32,000 bases of DNA, taken from Methanococcus maripaludis. GTDB lineage: Archaea; AGJL01; Methanococci; Methanococcales; Methanococcaceae. Numbering within the stretch: position 1 is the first letter of the stretch; each line of letters opens with the position of its first letter. Made by a program: the position numbers and the translations under genes. The notes beneath the pieces are model-generated. The model saw only the letters and a program-made list of their open reading frames with translations, was not told the DNA's origin and made no database searches. The stretch spans positions 1,650,001-1,682,000 of the forward strand of contig NZ_CP026606.1 of the NCBI RefSeq assembly GCF_002945325.1. Reading direction: 5' to 3'. Shown in pieces: positions 1 to 10,741 of the stretch.

Positions 1-48
1 CTTAATTTTTCCAGTAATTCTGAACATAAAACCACCAACGATGTTGAA

Positions 49-708
<660 letters not shown>

Positions 709-739
709 TTAATAAAATGGGAATAATTCAGCTTCTGAA

Positions 740-2128
<1,389 letters not shown>

Positions 2129-2162
2129 GATAACCCTCCTTACAGTTTAAAATTAAATTAGG

Positions 2163-3923
2163 TTATTTGATTAAAGCACCTAATTCGGATTCCATTTTGT
2201 TAATGATTTCAGGTACTTTCGTGTTTATAAATTCGTCATCAGTCAAGTATTTCATTCTTGCAATGTCTCCTTTTACAGTAACAGCTGAAATGCCTGCTGG
2301 GTCAGCACCTTTAGCAACTGCATCTAATCCTTTCTTGTAGAACGTCATGATGATTTTCAACATGTTGTACTGTTTTAATGGTGAACAGTAGCTGTCTACT
2401 TCGTGGTATGCATCTTGCTGTAAGAAGTCTTCTCTTAACATTCTTGCAATTTCTAAGATAACTCTTTCTCTGTCTGGAAGTGCATCTGGACCAACAAGTT
2501 GAACGATTTCTTGGAGCTCAGCTTCTTTTTGGAGTAAGCTCATTGCTTCATCTCTTAATGATCTCCAGTCTGCTGCGGTGTTTTGTTGCCACCAGCCAGC
2601 GATGTCGTCAATATAGAGTGAGTAACTTGTTAACCAGTTGATTGCAGGGAAGTGTCTTCTTCTTGCAAGGTTTGCATCTAATGCCCAGAACACCTTAACG
2701 ATTCTCAATGTGTTTGATGTAACTGGTTCTGAGAAGTCACCACCTGGTGGTGATACTGCACCTACAATACATACGAATCCTTGTTTGTTTTCTGAACCTA
2801 AACATTCAACTCTTCCTGCTCTTTCGTAGAACTGAGCGAGTTTTGATGAAAGGTATGCAGGGTATCCTTCTTCCCCAGGCATTTCTTCAAGCCTACCTGA
2901 GATCTCTCTCATTGCTTCTGCCCATCTTGATGTTGAGTCAGCAGTTAAGAGAACACCAAGTCCTTGGTCTCTGAAGTATTCTGCAATTGTAATTCCAGTA
3001 TATACTGAAGCTTCCCTAGCAGCTACCGGCATGTTTGATGTATTTGCAATTAATACGGTCCTGTCCATCAATTTGTTTCCTGTTTTGATATCATCTAAGT
3101 GTGGGAACTCTTCGATAACTTCTGTCATCTCGTTACCTCTTTCTCCACAACCGATGTATACCACAACATCCACGTCAGACCATTTAGCAAGCTGGTGTTG
3201 TGTAACAGTTTTTCCACTTCCAAATGGACCTGGAATTGCTGAAGCACCACCTTTTGCAAGTCCGAAGAATGTATCTTCAACTCTTTGACCGGTAATTAAT
3301 GGAATTACTGGAGCTTGTTTTCCTTTTGATGGTCTTGGCTTTCTTACAGGCCATTTTTGCATCATCATGATTTCTTTTTCGCCTTCAGCGGTTTCAACAA
3401 CTGCAACTGTTTCTTCAACAGTGAAGCTGCCTGCTTTAATTTCTTTGATTTTACCGCTAACTCCGAAAGGAATCATGATTTTGTGAACGATTGATGCAGT
3501 TTCTTGAACTGTACCGATAACGTCCCCAGTTATAACTTCATCTCCAGCTGCTGCAGTTGGTTCAAAGTCCCATTTAATTTCTCTTGAGATTGATGGAACA
3601 CTTACTCCTCTTGGGATGTAAATTGAATCTGTAGCATTTTCGATTTCGTTTAAAGGTCTTTGAATACCATCGTACATTGCTTTTAACATACCAGGGCCGA
3701 GCTCTACTGATAATGGAGCACCAGTACCTTCAACTCCTTCTCCTGGTTTGATACCAGCAGTTTCTTCATAAACCTGAATGATTGCTTCGTCCTCAGTTAA
3801 CTGAATGATTTCCCCGGTTAAACCTTCGTTTCCTACTTTAACCACTTCGAACATCTGGGAACCTTTCATGCCTTCGGCAACAACAACCGGACCGGATATT
3901 TTGATAATTTTACCGACGACCAT
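2163..3923 (-). CDS. atpA: A-type ATP synthase subunit A (catalytic)
   Basis: 586-aa ORF with P-loop [22 protein letters not shown] and [29 protein letters not shown]. Confidence 0.98.
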   Translation of the reverse strand: MVVGKIIKISGPVVVAEGMKGSQMFEVVKVGNEGLTGEIIQLTEDEAIIQVYEETAGIKPGEGVEGTGAPLSVELGPGMLKAMYDGIQRPLNEIENATDSIYIPRGVSVPSISREIKWDFEPTAAAGDEVITGDVIGTVQETASIVHKIMIPFGVSGKIKEIKAGSFTVEETVAVVETAEGEKEIMMMQKWPVRKPRPSKGKQAPVIPLITGQRVEDTFFGLAKGGASAIPGPFGSGKTVTQHQLAKWSDVDVVVYIGCGERGNEMTEVIEEFPHLDDIKTGNKLMDRTVLIANTSNMPVAAREASVYTGITIAEYFRDQGLGVLLTADSTSRWAEAMREISGRLEEMPGEEGYPAYLSSKLAQFYERAGRVECLGSENKQGFVCIVGAVSPPGGDFSEPVTSNTLRIVKVFWALDANLARRRHFPAINWLTSYSLYIDDIAGWWQQNTAADWRSLRDEAMSLLQKEAELQEIVQLVGPDALPDRERVILEIARMLREDFLQQDAYHEVDSYCSPLKQYNMLKIIMTFYKKGLDAVAKGADPAGISAVTVKGDIARMKYLTDDEFINTKVPEIINKMESELGALIK

Positions 3924-3938
3924 ATTTTCACCTCAGAA

Positions 3939-4238
3939 TTACTTAATGTCAACACCAACAGCGTTTCTTACTAATACTTTCACAGGATCATTTTCTCTGA
4001 CAATAGGACCGTTTTTGTCAGGAACTTCTACAACAACTTTTTTTATGCTTGAAATAGCATCCCTTATTTTTTCACCGATTCTCTCAGTGGTAATAATCAA
4101 TCCTATTTCAGAGTTGCTGTTTAATTCTCCAATTGCCTTTGCAGCTTGTTCAGGGGAGTTAACTTCGTAGACATCTGTAAGTCCAGCAAGTCTGAACCCA
4201 GCTACTACATCAGGATCTCCAACTACACCGATTCTCAT
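3939..4238 (-). CDS. atpF: A-type ATP synthase subunit F
   Basis: 99-aa ORF, MRIGVVGDPDVVAGFRLAGL; position between C and A. Confidence 0.96.
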   Translation of the reverse strand: MRIGVVGDPDVVAGFRLAGLTDVYEVNSPEQAAKAIGELNSNSEIGLIITTERIGEKIRDAISSIKKVVVEVPDKNGPIVRENDPVKVLVRNAVGVDIK

Positions 4239-4259
4239 AATATCACTTTATAATCGTTT

Positions 4260-5435
4260 TTAGGATACCAGTATCTCCCTGATTTCACTTGCAGACAGGC
4301 CTTCAATTTTACCTTTAATGATAATTTTTAAATTTCTTATCTCAAGTTCTTTTGAGGTAATAAGTCCAATTATCGGGCCTATTCCAAATGGCTGTCTGAG
4401 TGATAATTTTTTACCCATTTGAACTAGGTAACTGTCAAGTGCTTTTTCAAATACATAAACTGACTTAACTTTTTCGAATTCTTCGAGGTTTTCAGTTACA
4501 ATTGGTGCATATTTTGTACCTTCAAGTGAACTGATAACTCCTTCGATTGATTCTACATCAGCAAGCTCTTTTAATTTCCAAGAAGCAAGTTCGTATCCTT
4601 TGCTTGTTGTATATTTTGAAATAACTTCAGATGATAATCCGTCAGCTTTTGCTTTGAGGATGATTTTCAAGTTTTCAATGTCAATCATTGTTCCGATAAA
4701 TTCTTTGAACAAGTCTTTTTCGGTACCATCAACACTCACGTTTTTCCAGAGGTTTTCAAGGATTAATTTATCGAGTGACATTTCAAGTGTAGTTAATTTG
4801 CCGTTTTGCTCGTATTCTGTCAAACCTTCTGAAAGTACGCCTGAATAACCAGTTCCATCTAAAGCACTTACTATTTCTTCAATTTCTTTAGTTTCACTTA
4901 ATTCTCTTAATTTGCTTTCAGGGATTGTTCCAAGTGGAATCAATAATTTGAAAGTTTCTTCAGCATCCAAACCAACATATTTTGCTCTAAGAAGTGTTTT
5001 GATGTTTTTAACATCGAATTTCTTTTCAAGCAATTTTAATATTTTCCTTGCTCCATCAGGGGAGATATTTGCAAGTGTTTGGTAAACGTGTGCTAAATGA
5101 ATATCCAATGCCTTTTCAACAACTACTGGGTCTTCACTTTGTCCTAAAACTTCGGATAAGTATGGCCCGTAGTCCGTATCTTCCAAGAATCCAATTAACT
5201 CTGTAGTTCCTGCAGATTCGATTAATTCATTTATTTTATGGTCTTTCAATAACCTAGACTCCATACTTCTTACTCTTGCATTAACGTAAGCAAATGGAGC
5301 AGTTTCTGACAAGTATCTTATCAGGAAGATCATAATAACCAAGAATATAGCGATTCCTGCAAGTACAAATAAAGTCATGAATATGTCAGTAGGCATTCCT
5401 GCTAATTCCATTAACTGTGTTAAAGCATCTACCAT
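4260..5435 (-). CDS. atpC: A-type ATP synthase subunit C, with a hydrophobic N-terminal extension
   Basis: 391-aa ORF; AYVNARVRSMESRLL and position between E and F are typical of subunit C; residues about 18-43 form a hydrophobic helix. Confidence 0.94.
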   Translation of the reverse strand: MVDALTQLMELAGMPTDIFMTLFVLAGIAIFLVIMIFLIRYLSETAPFAYVNARVRSMESRLLKDHKINELIESAGTTELIGFLEDTDYGPYLSEVLGQSEDPVVVEKALDIHLAHVYQTLANISPDGARKILKLLEKKFDVKNIKTLLRAKYVGLDAEETFKLLIPLGTIPESKLRELSETKEIEEIVSALDGTGYSGVLSEGLTEYEQNGKLTTLEMSLDKLILENLWKNVSVDGTEKDLFKEFIGTMIDIENLKIILKAKADGLSSEVISKYTTSKGYELASWKLKELADVESIEGVISSLEGTKYAPIVTENLEEFEKVKSVYVFEKALDSYLVQMGKKLSLRQPFGIGPIIGLITSKELEIRNLKIIIKGKIEGLSASEIREILVS

Positions 5436-5445
5436 CTAAATCACC

Positions 5446-6057
5446 TTAGAACAACATTTCAGCAATTTTAGCTCTGACTGAATCTAAATTCCTTTCAAAT
5501 GTTGCTTCGAGGCTGTTGTCAGATACTTTTGTTTGATCTGCAGTTTTTATGATACAACCGCCAATGATCGATTTAGCTTCGCCTTTTTTCAATACTGTGA
5601 CTTTTTTGAGTCTGTCTTCCATTTCTTTTTCGAGAGCCCAAAGTGTTGAGTCATCGATTAATTCAAAGTCTTTTTTGTTGAGTAACAATTCTAATTCGCC
5701 GCCGCCTACTGAGTAAACTCCGGAAATTATCAATTTCAACAAAATGTCTTTGTAGTCTTCTTTTTGAGGTAATTTTACTAAATCTTCCTCTAATTTTTCG
5801 AGAGTTAACTGGATCGTTTTTTCTCTTTCTTCAAGCAATTTTTTCTTTGCGGAGAGTCTTGCTTCGGCTAAAATTCTGTTTTTAGTCATTTCAGCATCTT
5901 TTTCTCCTTTTTTAGCTATTGCTTGCTCTTTTTTTGAAGCTTCTTCTTTAGCTTCAGTTAATATTGCTTCTTTTTCATTAAGAGCTTCAGCCAAAATTTT
6001 TTCGGCATTTTTATTTGCATCTTCTACGATTTTGGATGTTATCTTTTCCGCTCCCAT
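5446..6057 (-). CDS. atpE: A-type ATP synthase subunit E (peripheral stalk)
   Basis: 203-aa ORF, coiled N-terminus and a C-terminal domain with [18 protein letters not shown]. Confidence 0.95.
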   Translation of the reverse strand: MGAEKITSKIVEDANKNAEKILAEALNEKEAILTEAKEEASKKEQAIAKKGEKDAEMTKNRILAEARLSAKKKLLEEREKTIQLTLEKLEEDLVKLPQKEDYKDILLKLIISGVYSVGGGELELLLNKKDFELIDDSTLWALEKEMEDRLKKVTVLKKGEAKSIIGGCIIKTADQTKVSDNSLEATFERNLDSVRAKIAEMLF

Positions 6058-6117
6058 CGTAACACCTTCGGAATTGGATTTAAAGTATTTAGAAACCCTG
6101 AGTTTCGTTATTTTTAA

Positions 6118-6810
6118 TTAGAACATGATACCGAGCATGATCAAGATTGCTATCAATAAACCGAAGATAGCGAAAGTTTCTGGCATAACTGCTAAAACTA
6201 AACCTTTACCCATTGCATCAGGATCTCTAGCTGTAGCTCCAATTGCACCTGCAGCTGTGATACCCTGACCGATACCTGAAAGACCAGCGAAACCAACAGC
6301 TAAACCAGCACCGAGGGCTGCAATTGTTGTAACACCTGGGCTTGCAAATACTCCAACTAAGAGAAGGATTGCAACTAATAAACCGTAAATTGCCTGAGTT
6401 TCTGGAAGAACGGAGAAAACCATTGCTTTACCGAAAATTCCATCATCTTCAGCAACAGCACCTAAACCAGCAGCTGATGCGATACCTTGACCGATTGCGG
6501 ATAAACCAGCTAAACCAGTACCTATACCTGCAGCGAGCATTGCCCATTCAGGAGCGCTTTTGAATACGAATAATATTAAGATTGCAACAAGGAAACCATA
6601 GAGACCTTGTGTTTGTGGTAATGCTTGGAACACGATTGCTGTACCGAATTTGTTTGGGTCTTCTGCAACAACGCCAGCACCGCTAGCACCAGTGATACCT
6701 GCACCGATACCTGAACCGAGACCAGCAATACCTACTGCTAAACCAGCACCGATAGCTCCGAGTAATAATGGGTTTTCAAATACCATCATAAGCACCTCGT
6801 TTCGAATCAT
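6118..6810 (-). CDS. atpK: A-type ATP synthase proteolipid subunit K (c ring), triplicated hairpin
   Basis: 230-aa ORF with three glycine-rich two-helix repeats. The true start is probably the ATG at 6789 or 6786 (MMVFENPL/MVFENPL), just after a GAGGTG ribosome site. Confidence 0.96.
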   Translation of the reverse strand: MIRNEVLMMVFENPLLLGAIGAGLAVGIAGLGSGIGAGITGASGAGVVAEDPNKFGTAIVFQALPQTQGLYGFLVAILILFVFKSAPEWAMLAAGIGTGLAGLSAIGQGIASAAGLGAVAEDDGIFGKAMVFSVLPETQAIYGLLVAILLLVGVFASPGVTTIAALGAGLAVGFAGLSGIGQGITAAGAIGATARDPDAMGKGLVLAVMPETFAIFGLLIAILIMLGIMF

Positions 6811-6838
6811 TCATTTAGATTATTTTTCCTTTTTTTAA

Positions 6839-8908
6839 TTAGTTTGAAGTGTATTCTCTTTTAGCTTTGAATGGGGAGAATTTCTTTCCACCACCTTCAT
6901 AGTATTGGCCAAAGAATTCTACGTAATGTAGCCTCAATGAGTGGATAAATGAACCAAGACCATTCATCACGAAGTTGAATGAGTGACCAAATACAAGCAT
7001 TACTACTGCAATTAAAATACCGATTACTGGAACTGCATCTCCTAATAATTTAGCCATAATGTTTACAGCCATTGCAAGACCACCTGTAGCTAAACATAAA
7101 GCTAAAAGCCTTGCGTAAGAGAGAACGTTACCTAAAAATCCTGTAATATCCATTGCACCTAGTAAAGCATCGAGAATGCCGCCATTCATGAATCCTTTAA
7201 TCATACATAATGCGATTACCGCGATTACTGCACCGCCTGCAATCATCATGTTTCCGGTTACTACTGTAGCAACTATTGCAAGTATCAATAATATCCACAT
7301 ACCTTGATTTAAGAATGCATCTAAAACTGATCCATTTGCCAATGATTCCTTAAGACCAACTGTTAATCCAATGAATAGGTGAATAATACCTGCTACAATT
7401 GAGAATAACAAGATTGCCATAGGTCCATTGTTTACATCAATTCCACCAAGACTGAGTAATGGTTTTGCTGCACTGATGTATGTGCTTTCACCAAGCGGGT
7501 TTACAAGCGCAAATCCTGTTGTGTATATGTCCATTCCAAGGAATTGGTACATAAAGTCACCAAGGTAGCCACCTGTTAATATTCCAAAGAATACTGTTGA
7601 AAGACCTGAGAGTGTTAAGATATAACCTAAGTTGTATGCACCACTGCTCACTTTGCCCATTCTTTTCCAGAGTACAAGACCTGCCAAGGTTAACAATAAA
7701 CCATAAACCGCATCAGTAAGCATAATACCGTAGAATATTAAAAAACCAGGCATTATCATCATTGTAGGGTCGATTTCGTTGTATTTTGGCGGTGCGTACA
7801 TTTCTGTAAGCATTTCGAATGGTTTTACAGATTTTGCATTGTCGAGCATAACAGGTATTTTTTCAACTGGTTCGTCAGGCTCTGAAACTTCAACAACTGC
7901 ATATCCTTCTGAAGCGCTTTCAATGATTTCCTGAACTTTTTTAACATGTTTCTTAGGTGTCCAAGCTTCAATGAGGTGTGTCCTGTCGGTTTTACCTGTC
8001 ATTGAATATGCTTCAGCTCTTTCTTTTTCAATTTCAAGAACTTCATGCAAAACTAAGACTTCGTCAGTCCATTTTTTTGAAAGTGCGTTCAAATTTTCTA
8101 AAATAGCTTTTGTTTCGGTTTCGATACTTAAAAGTTCTTTTTCAGTATCGTTGAAAATCTCTGAAGGGGTTCCTTCAACATTTGCAATGTCTAGTCTTTC
8201 AAAACCAGATTTTCTGAGTTCTGCGCCTACAACATCTGCACATTGTTTCAATGTAGCGACAATTACTGGAATTTTTTGTTCCTTTTCGCTCTTATTTACA
8301 GGATTTCCTTTTACAATTTCAACATAACCTTCTGTAGCTTCTTCAAGTGAAGATTCTAATTCAGATATATCTTCTTGTGAAACAAGTCCAGAAACAATAT
8401 ATGTGTAAGATCCTTCCCCGAGGAATTTCAAATCAAGATCAAAACCAGATAAATATTTAACACTGTCTTTTAACGTTTCAAGAATAGTTTTTCTATTTTC
8501 AAGTTCGGCCAGCTTTTTAGCGGGTTCTGAGACTTCTCCTTCAACGCTCTCGAGAACGTTTTCAACGTTGGAGATAATTTCTTCAGATGATGAAAATGAA
8601 AGTTTCTTCTTTGCTGGTACTTTTGGATTAAGTACGCCTGAAAGTCCTGCTTTTTCTCCTTCACTGACGCTTGAAAATAAGTCTAATAATCTACTTACTT
8701 TAATTGTCAATGAAGCAACATTTCTACCATACTCGGCTGATGGAGCTGGCAACATAAGCGCGTTCCATTCAGGGTCTTCGAGTTTCGCAGATAAGTCGTA
8801 TAACTCCACTAGCCCGCTTTCATGGAGTTGTCTAATGACAGGATCCACTTTTTCATCCAAGATGACCGCTCTAATTTTGTTCATTCTTGCGGGTCTCAAT
8901 AAAACCAC
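6839..8908 (-). CDS. atpI: A-type ATP synthase subunit I (a-subunit)
   Basis: 689-aa ORF; soluble N-terminus plus multi-TM C-terminus, SYARLLALCLATGGLAMAVNIMA, HSFNFVMNGLGSFIHSLRLHYVEFFGQYYEGGGKKFSPF. Confidence 0.97.
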   Translation of the reverse strand: MVLLRPARMNKIRAVILDEKVDPVIRQLHESGLVELYDLSAKLEDPEWNALMLPAPSAEYGRNVASLTIKVSRLLDLFSSVSEGEKAGLSGVLNPKVPAKKKLSFSSSEEIISNVENVLESVEGEVSEPAKKLAELENRKTILETLKDSVKYLSGFDLDLKFLGEGSYTYIVSGLVSQEDISELESSLEEATEGYVEIVKGNPVNKSEKEQKIPVIVATLKQCADVVGAELRKSGFERLDIANVEGTPSEIFNDTEKELLSIETETKAILENLNALSKKWTDEVLVLHEVLEIEKERAEAYSMTGKTDRTHLIEAWTPKKHVKKVQEIIESASEGYAVVEVSEPDEPVEKIPVMLDNAKSVKPFEMLTEMYAPPKYNEIDPTMMIMPGFLIFYGIMLTDAVYGLLLTLAGLVLWKRMGKVSSGAYNLGYILTLSGLSTVFFGILTGGYLGDFMYQFLGMDIYTTGFALVNPLGESTYISAAKPLLSLGGIDVNNGPMAILLFSIVAGIIHLFIGLTVGLKESLANGSVLDAFLNQGMWILLILAIVATVVTGNMMIAGGAVIAVIALCMIKGFMNGGILDALLGAMDITGFLGNVLSYARLLALCLATGGLAMAVNIMAKLLGDAVPVIGILIAVVMLVFGHSFNFVMNGLGSFIHSLRLHYVEFFGQYYEGGGKKFSPFKAKREYTSN

Positions 8909-8932
8909 CTTTCAAGTTTTGACAACGGGAAA

Positions 8933-9241
8933 TTAGAATTCTATTACATCTTCCAATTTGATGTTTAGAATTTTGACTTTAGCAAGGTTTGCCATTTCAG
9001 CAATTGCTTTGTCTTCTTTATTCATTATTTCATTAGCTTTTTCTTCAGCTTCTTTTTCAAACTTTGAAACTAATTCTTTTGCAGATAATTCTGCACTAGC
9101 TTCGGCTTCAGAAATTATTTTCTTACCTTCTTCTATTGCGGCAAGCTTTATTTCTTCTGCTTTTTTCTTAGCTTCTTCTATCGCATTCACAGCATTATTT
9201 TCTGCATGCTTTATTTCCCTAATGGTATCTATAGCACTCAC
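8933..9241 (-). CDS. atpH: A-type ATP synthase subunit H (peripheral stalk)
   Basis: 102-aa coiled-coil ORF with GTG start, first gene of the operon, preceded by AGGAGG. Confidence 0.88.
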   Translation of the reverse strand: MSAIDTIREIKHAENNAVNAIEEAKKKAEEIKLAAIEEGKKIISEAEASAELSAKELVSKFEKEAEEKANEIMNKEDKAIAEMANLAKVKILNIKLEDVIEF

Positions 9242-9248
9242 AGAATAA

Positions 9249-9300
9249 CCTCCTTTGAAGAATAATTAGTATATCCCGTAGAATACCTATATATATTTTA
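9249..9300 (-). promoter_or_regulatory. Candidate promoter and ribosome site of the ATP synthase operon
   Basis: Minus-strand AGGAGG at 9249-9254 and TATA-like TAAAATATATATAG at 9287-9300. Confidence 0.6.
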
Positions 9301-9416
9301 TTACTTCCAAGATTTTTAATAAGCGATTTATTTTACTGTTTAAAAGCACCACTTGCAATATTTTAAAGCAGTCATCATAAATATATCAAAGTTATTTATG
9401 CCATTTTGGTTTTTCA

Positions 9417-9438
9417 AAGATTTTAATAGAAAAATCTT
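9417..9438. other. Short hairpin in the atpH/hsdS intergenic region
   Basis: Perfect 8-bp arms AAGATTTT (9417-9424) and AAAATCTT (9431-9438) around a 6-nt loop. Confidence 0.35.
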
Positions 9439-9695
9439 ATTATTTGAATATCTAAGATAATTGATATACTTTTCGAATTGATTTTAAATTCAAAGATAAA
9501 AATGGGGTCATGAGACTAATTTATAGGTATAAGATTTATAAAATCGAATTTTCAAATTAAATTGGATATTAAATAATTTTTTGATAATTACGCATGTTGA
9601 GCTTATATATTTTTAAAAAGGGATATTTTTGAAAATTTAAATATTCTTTAAAATAAAGGGTTTAATTTCTATAAAAAAAGTAGCTTATTCTCTAT

Positions 9696-10739
9696 TTATT
9701 TCTTCGTGTAGCTTAAATATTTATTATATTTCTTTATCATAATATTTTTCATATATTGTTCCATATATTCATAATCGGGTTCATTATTTTCATTAATCGG
9801 TAGTAATATGTTCTGTTTTTTGATTCTTGTAGAATTAATTGTGTATGTGTAATTATATTTTGATTTTTGTTGTTTTAGCGAAGTAGATATAAAATATAAC
9901 ACTTTATCTGACATTTTCAATTTTGGTATAAGAATATTTACTTTTGTGCCTGTAAAAAATGAAAAATTTTGTACAAATGGTTGTGCGGTTTCGTTACCTA
10001 TCGTTATTACTGGAAAGTTATTATTTAATTTACAAATATCTTCATCTATAAATCCGTCAAGACCATTATTCGATTCTTTTCTGGTAATATATGGAATATT
10101 GCCTGAAATTTTATCAACTTTATTTCCATCGATATTTTTTCCAATAATTACGTCAAATAACTCATTTATAAAAAATTCTTTCCATTCTTTTTTTTCTAAT
10201 GGAACAATTTCTTTATATGTTAATTCTTTGATAACTTTTTTTATGTGTTCTTTATATGTTTTTTCTTTAATTGCGTATTTTTCTTTGATATATTCTTCCA
10301 TAAATGCCCAATCTGGTTTAAATTCCTCATTTTTCGAGATGGGAAGTAATATTTTAGTTGTATCCGCATTTCTTTGTCTAAATTGTTTGCCATACGAATA
10401 TTTACTTTTGTTTTGGTTGATACACGCTACAATAAATAGTTTTGTTGCTTTGGATAATTCATCATTTATAAAGAAATAGATATTGTCGTCCCCCGAACAA
10501 ATATGTTCATGATAAAATGCATTTCCAAACATATCTATGGAAATAAAATCTTTAAATGTGATAAAGTCTTTATTAGATATAAAATCTCCTAAACCTTGAT
10601 TATATTCTCCAGCGGTTAAAAAAGGTAAATTTCCATCGATTCTTTTTTCTTTAGTCAACCTTTTTCCATGGTAATTTTTAAAAATGCCATTTTCGCCACT
10701 TAAATTAAACTCTTTCCATGCCCTATCCTCCAATTTCAT
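9696..10739 (-). CDS. hsdS: Restriction-modification specificity (S) subunit, BcgI-B-like, two target recognition domains
   Basis: 347-aa ORF with two parallel halves: KEFNLS...GNLPFLTAGEYNQGLGDFI...ILLPISKNEEFKPDWAFMEEYIK and KEFFIN...GNIPYITRKESNNGLDGFI...ILLPINENNEPDYEYMEQYMK. Confidence 0.88.
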   Translation of the reverse strand: MKLEDRAWKEFNLSGENGIFKNYHGKRLTKEKRIDGNLPFLTAGEYNQGLGDFISNKDFITFKDFISIDMFGNAFYHEHICSGDDNIYFFINDELSKATKLFIVACINQNKSKYSYGKQFRQRNADTTKILLPISKNEEFKPDWAFMEEYIKEKYAIKEKTYKEHIKKVIKELTYKEIVPLEKKEWKEFFINELFDVIIGKNIDGNKVDKISGNIPYITRKESNNGLDGFIDEDICKLNNNFPVITIGNETAQPFVQNFSFFTGTKVNILIPKLKMSDKVLYFISTSLKQQKSKYNYTYTINSTRIKKQNILLPINENNEPDYEYMEQYMKNIMIKKYNKYLSYTKK

Positions 10740-10741
10740 AA

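Noticed and set aside
3805-4170. Plus-strand ORF of 121 aa across atpA/atpF
   Set aside because: Antisense shadow of two conserved genes, no recognisable domain.
9300-9695. Possible remnant gene or ncRNA between atpH and hsdS
   Set aside because: Very AT-rich, no ORF of useful length and only a short 8-bp hairpin; not enough to call a gene.
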